From Octopus vulgaris (taxonomy: Eukaryota): DNA of 64,000 bases. The notes under the pieces were generated by a model. It ran no database searches, was not told the origin of the DNA, and saw only the letters and a program-made list of their open reading frames with translations. The translations under genes were made by a program, and so were the position numbers. The number at the start of each line of letters is the position of its first letter. Within the stretch, counting starts at the first letter, position 1. This document shows positions 40,760 through 54,243 of this stretch, one piece after another. The stretch lies in NCBI GenBank assembly GCA_951406725.2, contig OX597825.1, forward strand, positions 22,196,001 through 22,260,000, in the 5' to 3' direction.

Positions 40760-41132
40760 GGCGCAGGCGTGACTGTGTGGTAAGAAGCTTACTTTGCAAC
40801 CACATGGTTCAGGGTTCAGTGTCTTCTACTATAGCCTCGGGCCGACCAAAGCCTTGTGAGTGCATTTGGTAGATGGAAACAAAAAAGAATCCCGTCGTAT
40901 ATATACGTGTGTGTATTTATGTGTGTGTATTTGTGTTTCTAACCTCTACCCACCCATCGCGTGACAACCAATGTTTGTGTGTTTGCATCCACGTAACTTA
41001 GCGGTTCGGTTAAAGATCAATAGAATAAGTATTGGACTTTTAAACATTAAGTCCCGGAGTCGATTTCTTCGACTAAAGAGTGGTGCTCCAGCATGGCAGT
41101 AGTCAAATGACTGAAATAAATACAAGAATAAA
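40760..41132 (+). mobile_element. SINE family B copy
   Basis: ggcgcaggcgtgactgtgtggtaag head through gcagtagtcaaatgactgaaa tail. Confidence 0.85.
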
Positions 41133-41600
41133 ATATCACCCTGGCACAAATTTCTAGATCTGCTGTGCACGTGTAGAGAAACATGCATAACAAACAATAT
41201 TTGAGAGGATCGGAAAGAAAGTATGGCATATATGATATGGTTGTTAACATCAGGTTGTTAAAGGCGGCGAGTTGGCAGAGACGATAGCACACTGGGCAAA
41301 ATGCCCAGCGGCATTTCTTTCGGATTTCGAATTTCGCCAACGTCAACCTTGCTTTACATCTTTCTGAAGTTTGTAATCGACTTAGACTCTTCTTAAAAAA
41401 TTCTGGCCTTTCGCCAAATTTTGAAATCAGTATTAATTTGGAAACAAAGAGACAAATATGTGTTGACGTCCAAATGATCGACTAGAACAAACTTCGAAGG
41501 GTGTAAAATCATGACAACAACGTAAAATTTAAAGGAAGTGCACAAAGGAACGTATACTTATAAAGTTATTATATCAGACACAGTACGTACGCCTATATAA

Positions 41601-42168
41601 TATTGGGTTGTCCGAAAAGTTCGTGCCGATTTTTAAAGGAAAGAAAAAGATCAATAAATACTTGCCATTACATTTTTAATCAACCTAATATGAGCCATTT
41701 TGTTGCACAATGCATCTCTATCTTTCCTTTAATTTGGAAATATCCTCTTCTAAGAAATTGAGGTTGTTTCATGGCAAAGAATTCATCAAGGTATCTATTT
41801 ATGTCATCCAAAGAATTGAAATTTTAATATTAAGACTATTCCGCAGGGGCTTGAATAAGTGGAAATCCGAAAGAGCAATATCTGGTGACTACGGAGGGTG
41901 GGGTAACACATCCCAGTCGAGCTGCAGCAATTTTTGTCTGGTTCCCAAAGCATCAAGTGCCGAAAATGAACTTTCTTATCATCCATTTTAAAGGGTTACA
42001 GAATTAACACAGGATAAAAGAACATAAACCTTCTTCCACGAAAAGATAGCTTAAACTGTGCTCTAAATGGAGGTGTAGTCAACTCCTATTTCATGGACTC
42101 GAGCATGTAATAATAAGTCGAAAGGTAAGCTACTATAAATCAACATGAACTTTCTTGACAACCCAGTA
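41601..42168 (-). mobile_element. Internally deleted mariner element (MITE-like) with both TIRs and TA flanks
   Basis: TIRs ttgggttgtccgaaaagttcgtgccgattt and aaatcaacatgaactttcttgacaacccag; N-terminus MDDKKVHFRHLMLWE fused directly to C-terminal LDWDVLPHPP*SPDIALSDFHLF. Confidence 0.9.
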
Positions 42169-42202
42169 CATACATACATAGATATGTATGAATGTCTTAT
42201 AT

Positions 42203-42393
42203 AGGCGTACGTACAGTGTGTGTGGCTGTGTGGTAAGTAGCTTGCTTACCAACCACATGGTTCCGTGTTCCGTCTCACTGCGTGGCACCTTGGGCAAGTG
42301 TCATGTACTATAGCCTCGGGTTGACTAAAGACTTGTGTGTGTGGATTTGGTAGATGGAAACTCAAAGCTCGTCGTATACATGTATATATATAT

Positions 42394-42460
<67 letters not shown>

Positions 42461-42709
42461 TGTATATATATATGTGTGTATGTGTATATTTCTGTGTCTA
42501 TGTTTGTCCCCCTAGCATTGCTTGACAACCGACGCTGGTGTGTTTATGTCCCCGTCACTTAGCGGTTCGGCAAAAGAGACCGATAGAATAAGTACTTGGC
42601 TTACAAAGAATAAATCACGGGGTGGATTTGCACTGCTAAATGCGGTGCTCCAGCATGGCCGCAGTCAAATGACTGAAACAAGTAAAAGAGTAATAAATAA
42701 ATAAATAAT

Positions 42710-42773
<64 letters not shown>

Positions 42774-43000
42774 TATATGTGTGTGTGTGTGTGTATGTGT
42801 GTGTGTGTGTGTGTCTGTATTAGGCAGGCAGAAATAACTGAACTCAAGAAGAGTTTGATTTGTTACCCTCGATCGAAAGCAAGAGTTGAACATTTTTCAC
42901 GTGTCACTGAAATAAACATACATGTGTGTATGTGTATGTTTGTGTATCTATGTTTGTCCCCCTAGCATTGCTTGACAACCGACGCTGGTGTGTTTATTTC
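42203..43000 (+). mobile_element. SINE family B full copy (42203-42692) plus partial duplicate of its tail start (42925-43000)
   Basis: Family motifs; tgtttgtccccctagcattgcttgacaaccgacgctggtgtgttta occurs twice. Confidence 0.85.
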
Positions 43001-43103
43001 CATTCAACTCCACTGAATTCTTTCTGTTAGAACAAAATCAAATAAGATCATGCATGTATATTCATGAAGCCTTTTACTTATTAAAAGTTTTTAGAATGTC
43101 TGG

Positions 43104-43400
43104 CACTCGGTTGGTTATGACGATGTATGTTCAACGAAATAGCCAGCTCGTGAAATTAAATTGCAGGTGGGTGAGGACTCCGCAAATATGCGTACCCTTA
43201 CCATATTTCTCAGGGAGATTCGGCGCTAACCAATATGCAGTAAGTCTGTCCCTTTGAATTACATGTACAAGTCATTGTTGCCAGCTGATTGGTTTGTAAA
43301 ATGTGAAATAAAGGGTCTTACTCAAGGACACAATACGCCGACGTGAAACGAACTTACGACCTTACGATTGAGCTGGATATGCTAACCACTATTCCAAACG
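43104..43400 (-). mobile_element. Degenerate SINE, family D-like head joined to tail Y
   Basis: gctcgtgaaatt...gtaccctt...ccctttgaa shared with 27300-27480; ttgccagctga...ctcaaggacacaa shared with 2660-2730. Confidence 0.65.
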
Positions 43401-43996
43401 CTTTACTAGTTCAGTATAAAACCATCAGAGACCATTTTACTGGTGAATATACTGTCGTAATTAGTTCTCTAAATATACTCATTATATTTCTTTCAGATCG
43501 TTTTTATAATGCTTAATTATTCATTTAAAAGTTTGGTACATCCGGGAGAGTGGCTCATGAAACTAACTGAAGATTTTAATTATGTCCATTGACAGTACCC
43601 ACAAGATAGCTTAACTATCAGTCCTCATATAATAGCATAGATTCAATCTAAAGTGTTTTTCTATAATTGTCTAGCCTCTGTGCTAATTTCACATTTAAAA
43701 CTTTAATCAATCAACCATAAAAACATCCGTTATATATGACTTCACATTCAGGTGATAATTATCTGAAACTCATAGTTTAGTAATTTATCTCGAATATTCT
43801 TAGAAGATTTCTATGCCATATCTTAATTTGACTTTATGATTAGCTCACTATGATTCTATATCTGTTTATTTCTATGGAAGATATTCATTTATTTCGTTCA
43901 GCAAATGAATATTTTCGTGATTGCGCCTAGATTTTACTCGCGTGAATATTTGTGTACATTTATTTTTCTGTATATGAATGTATAAAACAACAGCTA

Positions 43997-44042
<46 letters not shown>

Positions 44043-44460
44043 TTGTATGTGTGTCTGAGTATGTATGAGAATTTGTGCATGTCTCTCTATATCTTTTACG
44101 TGTATATATAAAACATAATTTTCATGTTGTTTGTAAAAGTTTAATTAGAAATCAACTTGCTTATTCTTCAAGTTACAAAATATTCACTAAATTTAATTAC
44201 ACAATTCACAAAATAATTATACTTGCGTGTTTTTTTTTAAACTTTTAAAATGTAATTACCGTATTAATTAGATTCCTTGTGTTCTGGTTCCTACATCACA
44301 GTATTTTTAATTTCATCACTATTTTGCTATTTTATTTCGCTCTCTCATTTACATTGACTACGTATGTATATATTAAACATTAGGTATTCGTGTTTTTTTT
44401 CTCTCTATATCCGTACATATATTAATAGAGCGTCGCGATCTTGCATGACGTAAATAATAC

Positions 44461-44484
44461 CCTGAATCCTTTCTTAGGTTGTAT
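44461..44484 (-). CDS. Candidate 24-nt micro-exon (phase 2-2): YNLRKDS
   Basis: gtgtgctcaccgctaactag| A TAC AAC CTA AGA AAG GAT TCA GG |gtatta; symmetric; lies in a TE-free region. Confidence 0.4.
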
Positions 44485-45842
44485 CTAGTTAGCGGTGAGC
44501 ACACAACAAGAGCGATAGTGATTAACTATTCCATGGCCGGCCTCCTCGCTGCAATTAGATCCATTTCAGACGTCTAATATGGGTTTTTTTTTGTGTGGGC
44601 GCATTCCATTGTACAAACAGTATTGTATTAATATCCTTTAATCCGACAGGTCATTAGAAGGGGAAAAGGAAAAGCTATTTCAATTGAAGTTTGAATAAAA
44701 ATACGTTAAGCTAAATGGCATTGTGAATGCAGCACAAACTAGCACGATATCTGACACCACGCTATCCTTGAGATTAATGTATAATTAACGTGCCCTGATA
44801 TCTACGTTTAGCATGCTCTTACAATATTCAACCTCGAGCAATGGAATCACCATCCTATTGACTGACACTAATTTTATGTTCCCAAAGAGGTATTCTTAAT
44901 TAAGTGGGCTTAAAGCCAACTTAAACATGCAACATATTCTTTTTTATTCTCTTGGATGATGAGCATTATCTTTGTTATTACGTAGGCATTGTTCTATCAT
45001 GAGCTAAATGTTCGGAAGAATATCAGCTCTTTCATCCAAATGTCCAATCAATACTATCTGGATTCATGTTACAAGGAATTAAACGCTAAGTATACATACT
45101 TCAGAATTATTTGCTCCAAATTTGTTACTGAGAAATATCCAAGTTTACAGTGACGGAGTGGAACGATACTTTTGTTAGGGTGTCCAAATACAATGCCTTT
45201 TTATTTGAAGTTACGTGGGTGTATGTTCTGACATCCTAAGAAGGCCATGTTGCCGCTTAACATTTGAACCCGATAAAAAAAAGTAACCAATCATGTATTC
45301 TGTTCTATTTAAGTGACTGATAGCGCTTTCATACACAGGTTTTTCGAACAAGAGTCAACAGCTATGATTTTCCGAACAAATCTAAATCCTAATACTGGTT
45401 TTAGGTTAACCTCAACAATAACAATATTCGTGTAAGAAACACTAAATCCAGGAAATACATAATAATGGTTATAATGACGTATACATACAGAAATCGAAAT
45501 GCAGTGTTTCCATAGTTATTCAAGACATAGGTCTAGAGATGGTGAAGAAAAAGTTGACGTTACCTTAATTAATTTCGTACATCACATGTAAATATTTCCA
45601 TATTTTATTAACATGTCTACATAAAATACGTTATTTTTGATTGAATTTGTAAACGATTATTCCACCGGTTGTCTCTACCGGTCATCATGTACAATGTTGA
45701 TATGCAGTCAATATTAAGGAGAGAAGGCTATCTAAGACATAATCGGGGAAAAAAAAATTTATTATCAAATATTCCATTACTGGATGTCAAGATTAAATAT
45801 AAACAAAATCAATAAGAATAATACAAATGAGTTATATCTCAC

Positions 45843-45879
45843 TTGGAAACATGGGTTAAAATAATGTTATATGCATCAC
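45843..45879 (-). CDS. Probable 37-nt exon (phase 1-2): DAYNIILTHVS
   Basis: Branch-like cactaat, NAGNAG acceptor aacagcag|GT, donor AA|gtgaga; open frame and phase-compatible with downstream exons. Confidence 0.5.
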
Positions 45880-46093
45880 CTGCTGTTCGACGAAATTAGT
45901 GGCAACATAGGAATAAAAGCCTAGTTTATTTTGCAGAAAAATGATATGCACTGTCAAAGGCACGTATCATCCCCAAAATTCGAAGACATTCGCCACCGAT
46001 ACTGTGTAGGTGTTTCTTGACACAAACTATTACGTAGTAAAATTATTAACAGAACAGCGGTAGATGATTATGAAATTATGTGAATTCTCGAAT

Positions 46094-46450
46094 ATATCAG
46101 GTCATCTCATAAGTTCTGTCTGATTTTTCATTTTTTTTTATTGAATGACATTTAATAGTATTTTAGAATGTCTAATGGAATTAAAAATTATTTTTATGCA
46201 TTTGTGTATATTTAAACTATTTAAATAGTATTGTACCGAATAATAGAATTCAAAATTTCCTTGATTAAATCCCTTTCTAACATGGAAGTATCCAAAGAGC
46301 AACTGAGGCACATAAATCTTTATGAGTACAAAAAAAGAAACTCTGCCGAAGCGTTTCAAAACATACACTCAGTTTAATGGAAAGGATGCTTGAATGAAAG
46401 AACTTGAAAAAAATGGTTTGTAAAACTCAGAAGTGGAGATTTCAGCCGTG

Positions 46451-46452
<2 letters not shown>
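46094..46452 (+). mobile_element. Mariner 5' fragment
   Basis: TIR-like tatcaggtcatctcataagttctgtc; MEVSKEQLRHINLYEYKKRNSAEAFQNIHSV*..NERT*KKWFVKLRSGDFS (mariner HTH N-terminus), truncated at (GA)n. Confidence 0.8.
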
Positions 46453-46501
<49 letters not shown>

Positions 46502-46574
46502 GAGAGCGAGAGAGACATACATACATACAGACAGACAGACATAAATATATACATCTTCAACTGCTAGAAATATC

Positions 46575-48140
46575 AATGTAACTCATAAATATCTTTGTAG
46601 ACGAAATGAAGATTTATGCTAAATGTGTTAATTATGCAAAAAAAAAAAGAACTGGAATTAATAAAATTTTCTACTGATATAGCCATGGAATTTGGCCAAA
46701 ATGAAATGTTCATATTTGTAAATTTGTAAATTGAACGAGGAAAGTCTGACTCCCGAACGCAAAACCTGTGCATCAACGGGCTCTCTATCTCCCTCATTCC
46801 ACACAAAGCATGTTACAAGTATCGAGGCATAGACGAAAATGTACCTTATGTACTAAAGATAGACAGACCCGAGAATATTATACCAGACTTAGGAAAATAT
46901 GGCAGTCGGAACTCTCCTCTTACAACAAAACAATATCCCACAATGCGTTTGCAGCACTAGTGCTGATCCGAACATTTGGGATACTTGATTTGTCTGTAGA
47001 GGAAATCCACTCCACAGATATCAAAACCGACAAAATCCTGACAATAGCCGGTAACTTCCACAGAAATAGTGATGTTGACAGGCTCTACCTGAGAAGAACG
47101 AAGGTGATAGAGGCCTGAGATCAGTGCAGACGGCCTTCGAATGTCGTATGGTATTGCTCAGGCAGCACCTGCTCAACAGAAGCAGCAAAATATATAAATA
47201 CAGTACTGAAAAGAGAAGTGAGTAGTAGATTCCTCAAAAAACACTGTCTTCCTTATGATCGCCTATACTGCTCCAAGACAGCTGGGCTCTCTTACTCCAG
47301 AGAAGACCTGGATGGAAAGCACTCAACATACAAAAAAGACCATGCATGGGTGTGATGCCCGGAAGTTTGAAGAAGAACTGACATGAAGTACAGCCTCTCT
47401 CGGACAGAAGACGAGTACATCACATCATACTTTGAAGGCTATGCTTTTACAATCTAGGAACAGGAGATTGCCTCAAAGTATCTGGTGAGCAAGAGAGACA
47501 GTGATGATCTTGTAATCCTAAGGGGCAACTGCAGGTTTAGGCTATGTCATATTTCTGTGGAAAACATCACCCATGTATTTAGCAGCTGTCCTAAAATGTC
47601 GTCATGGTACTACCTCCTTATGCGGCATGATGTTGTTGCTAAAACAATTTACAATGCCATCCGCAAAAAAGTCTATCCTGAAATAAACTTAGAAAATTCC
47701 TCTGTTATGGAATACATTCGTAAACACTAACGCAAGGAATACTGGTGGAATCTTCCCATCAAAACGTCTGTCAAATCTAAGCATAGCATGCCGGATATTG
47801 TTTGGGACAGAGGGACATCATAGAAGTTAGCTGCCCTGCAGATATAAATATCTCTTTGAAAATCAAAGAAAAGATTATATCTATGGACAAGTGCTTCGAA
47901 ACCTCCAGTTTCTTTATCCAGACTATGAATTCATATTCATACCAATAATAATTGGAGCATTAGGCTTTGTTAGTAAATGCTTAAAGGAGAATCTGGATAA
48001 ACTGGATTTTCGGGAAAAGAAATTGATCAGCTGATTCGTACATTAAACATTACAAGTCGAATCTGAGAATGGAATAGTAGAAATATACAAGGCTTTTCTC
48101 AAGATCCAAATGTGAATTTCTCTGTGTTAAACACCCACCC
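46575..48140 (+). mobile_element. Decayed R4/Dong-type LINE 3' half (end of RT, CCHC, RLE)
   Basis: FVDEMKIYA (YMDDLK-like), TREYYTRLRKIWQSELSSYNK, HRNSDVDRLYL, CRFRLCHISVENITHVFSSC, MRHDVVAK, YWWNLPIK, EVSCPAD, IPIIIGALG. Confidence 0.88.
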
Positions 48141-48232
48141 CAGTGGAAGATTTATAATAATAAAAAATATAAGAGACATACAGACATGCAAATATATGTG
48201 TATAGATTTATATACACTCACATATATATGTA

Positions 48233-48300
<68 letters not shown>

Positions 48301-48586
48301 CATAAATCATTAGAGAGTTACCACTATGTGGATAGCTCAATCTATTTATTCGTTATGTTTCACTTTCCTTCCGTTAAATGTAATGTTATTTCTACTTGGA
48401 AACATCTTTTCTGTGGCTATACTAACGGAGCTATTTTTAGCACTAGAGCTATCCACATAGTGGTAACTCTCTAATAATTTATGTATAAATTCGTATTATC
48501 TCCCTAGTTTTTTTTTTGCTAAGCCACTTGGTGTTAAATTAATGGTATTATAAAAATTAATATTAATTTTTCACCCTCATTTATAA

Positions 48587-48626
<40 letters not shown>

Positions 48627-48659
48627 CTATACACACATATATATGCATGTATGTATGGG

Positions 48660-48720
<61 letters not shown>

Positions 48721-49315
48721 ACGTATGTTTGTATGTACATATACACATATACACAAACAAGCACGGATTTGCAGTTGTTTACGTCTACCAAATTCTCCCA
48801 CTAAGCTTTAGTCAGCCCACGGCCATAGTCGAAGACACCATCCCAAACCGGCGCAAAGTGGGACTGAACAGAAATCCACGCGGTTGCAAACCGATCTTAT
48901 AAAAACATGCAGACATCATTGCAACTTATTGATTAAAATTTTTGTGTGAATTTCCATGTAAAATTCTTGAGCTGTTTATTACTGTTTGTCGAAGCCATGT
49001 TTCTTTCGTGCATTACAATAATAGTAGTAATCAGCGTATATTTTTCTGGGGCTTGTGTTAGGGAAATTATTACCACTTATATAAATTATAGTGTAGAATG
49101 TGGCTCCATAGTATTTAAACTGTAACTGCCAATTTTACTCATAAATACTATAAGTTGAAATTCACCTCGATCCCTAATGATAGCGTAGAATATGTCGCTT
49201 TACTTTTTTACTTTTAAGTACTATGAGTTCAACTTTACCTGCGGTGCTAAATAAATGTTAGTAAAACTTTTAAAATATAATTTGGAACAGAATTTACTGG
49301 AATCTACCGTTTTAC

Positions 49316-49378
49316 CTAGTAAAAGTATGGATGCATTGCATAGATTTTGTAGGAGTCGAGACCATGAACACTGTAATT
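49316..49378 (-). CDS. Weak candidate 63-nt exon (phase 1-1): LQCSWSRLLQNLCNASILLL
   Basis: Donor CTAG|gtaaaa gives G+GT = Gly into exon 45879; acceptor catattaaacag is pyrimidine-poor. Confidence 0.25.
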   Translation of the reverse strand, partial: NYSVHGLDSYKIYAMHPYFY

Positions 49379-50206
49379 CTGTTTAATATGACAATGCTTG
49401 TTTCTATCCAACTACCGCGAGACCTTCTATTTACTGAGACCTGTCTTTTACCGATTAGCCAATCAGACATTAACACAATAGACCACGCAACAATTTCCCT
49501 GTCATATATTTCTTTGCGTACTTGTGTAAAAAAATTGGGAGATATCACTGACATTTTCATGAACGCCGAGTAGCTGAGTTAGAGTATTTATGGTTTAGGC
49601 TTTGACTAAATCCATTATTCTAGTTACAGGCGGAATCTATTGATATGAAGCACACTTGCTGTAAACCATTCCCACTTGCTGTAAACCATTCAAGTGTTTC
49701 TATTGTTGTAAATGACAGAATCAAAATGGAGGAACGGTTAGTATGTGGCGTTAGCATTATGCCTCATAATATTAACGATTAAAACACTCCACCTAAAAGA
49801 TTGCTGCCATTAAAACGACAAGAACAAGAACAAAAAAAAACAACAACAACAATAATAATAATAATAACAGCAACAATAATCTTGTGTCTTGGAAGGGTCA
49901 TTAAGCCAATATCAATAGCGTTGGTGTAAGGAGCCACTCAAGACAATATGATTTGTTTCAAGGAGCGAATTCACATCAACGATCATGCAACGCAAATACA
50001 GAAACAATATAATTATAATCCTCTCTCCTCTACGCAAAAAAGCTTGGTTTGGACGCCAAATGTGGAGGATAATTCAGTTGCATCGACCTCACTCTCTGAC
50101 TGATAAAATGTCGGCTACTGTGGAATTTGAACTCAGAACCTGAAGGTGTACAAACACCGTTTAACATTTTGTACGACAAGCAAACATTTCTCTCGGCTCA
50201 TCGTTT

Positions 50207-50250
50207 TACTACTACTACTACTGCTGCTGCTACTACTACTACGACTGCTG

Positions 50251-50309
<59 letters not shown>

Positions 50310-50319
50310 GCTGCTGCTG

Positions 50320-50399
<80 letters not shown>

Positions 50400-50490
50400 G
50401 TTGCTGCTACTACTACTACTACTACTACTAATACTACTACCAATACTAATACTAATACTACTACTACTACTACTACTAATGTTGCTGCTG

Positions 50491-50587
<97 letters not shown>

Positions 50588-50617
50588 CACTACTACTATT
50601 AATAATAATAATAATAA
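50207..50617. repeat. (CTA)n microsatellite with (CTG) interruptions, ending in (AAT)n
   Basis: Direct reading; source of the poly-T/L/S/V ORFs. Confidence 0.97.
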
Positions 50618-51056
50618 TTGCGCCGATGTAATACCAGGCACTGGCTCTCATCGGTTCTGATCTCAACTGAGTGGAAGCTTTATTATGCATATGTTTTGTC
50701 TTCGTCTAAAATACGAGCTACAGCAAATATTCTGCTCAATACACAGACTTTCTTGTCAGTTGTTTGGCCATAACCAGTTGAACATGTCCTTTAGTGGCTG
50801 ATGATATATGTATCTCTGATCTCGACCAGAAGTAGTGGGGGGAGTATCATAGCCATGTGTTGAGAGAAATTGTTTTTGGTTTGAATAATTCACCTCTGGA
50901 AACATGGGTGTTTTATTCATCATCTTTAAACAAGCCTAATTTAGTGACCCCTTGAGTGGGATGCAGACCAATTTAATTGTATACACACACACACACATAT
51001 ATACATACACAAGACACATATATATACATGTATATTTAACATATGCATGTATATAT

Positions 51057-51099
<43 letters not shown>

Positions 51100-51107
51100 A
51101 TATATAT

Positions 51108-51330
51108 CACGTGATCACGTTACCGACCAGACCATCAGATGTTGTTATCGCTGGTCACAATATAAAGAGTGGTGAAAGAGTACAGCAGGGATCACCACCC
51201 CCTGCTGCAGCCTCATGGAGCTTTTAGGTGTTTTCGCTCAATAAACACTCACAACGCCCGGTCTGGGATCGAAACCACGATCCTGCGACCGCGAGTCCGC
51301 TGCCTAACAACTAGGCCATTGCGCCGCCAC

Positions 51331-51331
<1 letters not shown>
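51108..51331 (-). mobile_element. SINE family C with internal deletion
   Basis: Reverse complement of the head and cacgtgat tail seen at 53135-53446. Confidence 0.85.
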
Positions 51332-51418
<87 letters not shown>

Positions 51419-52169
51419 GTGTATACGTATATGTACTATTGATACATGCCTATAATTGTGTGGATGTTCATATCTATTTGTGTTGATGTATACTCATCGT
51501 ATAATCAAACACGGGAATACGCACGCACACACACGCACACACATACACATGCACACACACACACGTATATTTATATAATACGTACTTACATACCTACATA
51601 AAGCATAAAAGTATTATAATAGCTGTCGATTTACTGTGTAATAAAAATGTCTTCCAATATAAATTATAAATTAATTTTCATTGCAATAAGACCATTTTGT
51701 CAAATGTTTTAAAAACTATAATAATACCGCTCATACGAACATCTGCATAGTCTATAGATTATATATTATCCTTAGATAATTAGTAAGTTTGTTAACGATA
51801 TATATTTATTGAGTCTAATGAGATACTACATATCCTGATAAGATGTTAGATGGCATGATACTTTGATTTGATAATTTCCGGTTAATTTAATCGTTATTAT
51901 TCATTAACCACCCAAATTATAGCAATTAAGTTGTATATAACTTTCGTATAACTGTGATAAGTATATAGTATATCTCCTATGATAATTAATTTTGCTGGCG
52001 TCAGATCTATAATAATCAAAATGCACTAGATTATATATATATATATATGTGTGTGTGTGTTTGTGTGTGTGTATGTGTGTGTGTGTGTGCGGTGTGTGTG
52101 TGTGTGTGACCATATATAATGAACACAGTATATATTTGTAGGAGTTACTAATAGTTTTATCTGAAGAAA

Positions 52170-53110
52170 ACGATAAAGACAGCATTTTATAGCACGTCCA
52201 ATGATTTCAGGCTATCAGTTATCCATACTCACAGCATATACATAAACTGAAACGGAAGGATAGAAAAAAAGAAAAGGTGGGGGAAGAAAGGTAGGTGTAA
52301 AAGAAGGTAGGTGTAGAAAGTTGAGGGGTGAAGACATCAAAAAACGAAAGGAAGGAAGGAAAAGAAAAGAGGTGAGAATTAGATTTATGCCCATAAAGTC
52401 ATGATAAGCCACAATCGATATGTAATGGGTAGTATTTTCCAATTCACCAACAAAAACTTATCCATATGCTTACATCACCCCTAAGCTCTTGTCTGTAATT
52501 CAGCGGTGTGGTGTTCTTATATTTAAAAAGGATTTGCAACCTTTCAGCTACGCATGCTTTGTACATTTTTGATCCGTTCGTATATGGTATGCACGTTTCA
52601 ACTGTTTTCCACTTTATTGCATGTGGTATGGCGTTAAACTTCAAACACAATTACGGGCAAACCAACTTAGTAGCATTACCTTTGCTTCTTTGCCAGAAGG
52701 AAGGTATGTGGTTACCCTAGCGATTTTTGATGTCTCCTTTCCATAACCACTTGCAACTCTTTTTTCGGTTATGTCATCATCTAGGGTCGCTTTAACTTCT
52801 TTCTCATATATGACGGATTTAATTACAACTGGGGGTAGGCTCTGGGTGGTGCTTGCATTTAATGATGCTCTTCGTATTGGTACAGCAGTTATACGATAAT
52901 TTAATTGAACGCCTGTTCAATATTTTCTGCACCTGTGATTTACTGTGAAATGTTTATCTAAGAGAAACAGGAAACTTTTACCAAGGTTGGTCTTAACATT
53001 TGTGCAAAAGAGGAGATTGTACCACCTTGTTCTCCTAGGTCTATTCTGCGTTCTAGTTTTATACGTATTATTACTAGAAGGGCTTGATAATAATTTATCT
53101 TTGAAGCTAC
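52170..53110 (-). mobile_element. Penelope-like element 3' remnant (linker + GIY-YIG C-terminus + 3' region)
   Basis: RRTRWYNLLFCTNVKTNLGKSFLFLLDKHFTVNHR and IKWKTVETCIPYTNGSKMYKACVAERLQILF..LNYRQEL match the PLE patterns IWFNPPFS.NVKTNIG..FL.LIDKHF and I.W.I....PY.N.SK.C.LC..EK..I. Confidence 0.85.
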
Positions 53111-53134
53111 TGGGCGATATATATATATATGGGG

Positions 53135-53444
53135 GGTGGCGCAATGGCCCTGTGGTTAGGGCAGCGGACTCGCGGTCGTAGGATCGCGGTTTCGATTCCC
53201 AGACCGGGCGTTGTGAGTGTTTATTGGGCGAAAACACATAAACCTCCACGAGGCTCCGGCATGGTTGTGGTGGCGATCCCTGCTGTACTCTTTCGCCACA
53301 ACTTTCTCTCACTCTTTCTACTATTGGCCTGCTCGCTTAGCCAGCGGGGTGGCGTCATTTGAAGGCCAAAACAATGCGAAGCGCATTGTGACCAGCGATG
53401 TGTAACAACATTTGATAGCCTGGTCGGTCACGGTGATCACGGTG

Positions 53445-53446
<2 letters not shown>
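53135..53446 (+). mobile_element. SINE family C with tail X
   Basis: ggcgcaatggccctgtggttagggcagcggactcgcggtcgtaggatcgcggtttcgattccc ... ggtcggtcacggtgatcacggtgat. Confidence 0.88.
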
Positions 53447-53475
<29 letters not shown>

Positions 53476-54166
53476 CATATATAAACAAATAAACTCAGCA
53501 TTTTTTTCGTCAGCTCAACATTTCTTATTTTGGATTTGGAAGCACTAAAAGAAAGAACATACCCTTTGGCGACTTATCACCTCAGATGACCCGTTCAGAC
53601 TGCCGGTACCAACAAATTCAAAATGTGCAAGCGAAGATTCCCTGCTCTCCCCTTCCACCCACGTGGGTTATCTAGCAAACATTATATTTTAACGGTGAGA
53701 ACCGAGGCAATATGACGAAGAGAAATGAATTATAATATCAACAATTGAGAGAAATTTTCTTTAAGTAGTGGAAATGGCAAAAACCTTTTTTTGGCTGCTA
53801 TTTCTAGCAAGTTCAGTATGTGGCAAAGTAATTTATTTTACTAAGCCCTAATTATATAATGTAATATTTTGAATTCGCCTTAAATGGTCCTTTTACATAC
53901 TGAATACTTGGTGAAATTGATTAATAACTAATTAATTTTACCCTCAATTGTTGATATTATAATTCATTTCTCTCTGTCATATTGCCTCGGTTCTCACCGT
54001 TAAAATATAATGTTTGCTAGATAACCCACGTGGGTGGAAGGGGAGAGCAGGGAATCTTCGCTTGCACATTTTGAATTTGTTGGTACTGGCAGTCTGAACG
54101 GGTCATCTGAGGTGATAAGTCGCCAAAGGGTATGTTCTTTCTTTTTAGTGCTTCCAAATCCAAAAT

Positions 54167-54243
54167 AAGAAATGTTGAGCTGACGAAAGGAATGCTGAGT
54201 TTATTTGGCTAATCTAGAAACGTTAACGTTCTCAAATAATCTT
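54167..54243 (+). ncRNA. Type I hammerhead ribozyme motif, copy 1
   Basis: Stem I ttgag/ctcaa (plus outer aaga/tctt), core CTGACGA 54180-54186, extended stem II, GAAA 54217-54220, stem III ACG-TTAA-CGT, GTT triplet with cleavage after 54230; first stem II pair is non-canonical (A.A). Confidence 0.7.

Noticed and set aside
45215-45235. 21-nt phase 2-2 micro-exon candidate (MSEHTP)
   Set aside because: Splice sites are only moderate and the segment is too short to tell from chance
52172-52224. Hammerhead-like gataa-CTGATAG-cct-GAAA...GTC-tttatc downstream of the Penelope remnant
   Set aside because: Core and stems II and III are too damaged to call a ribozyme, although the position fits a former one
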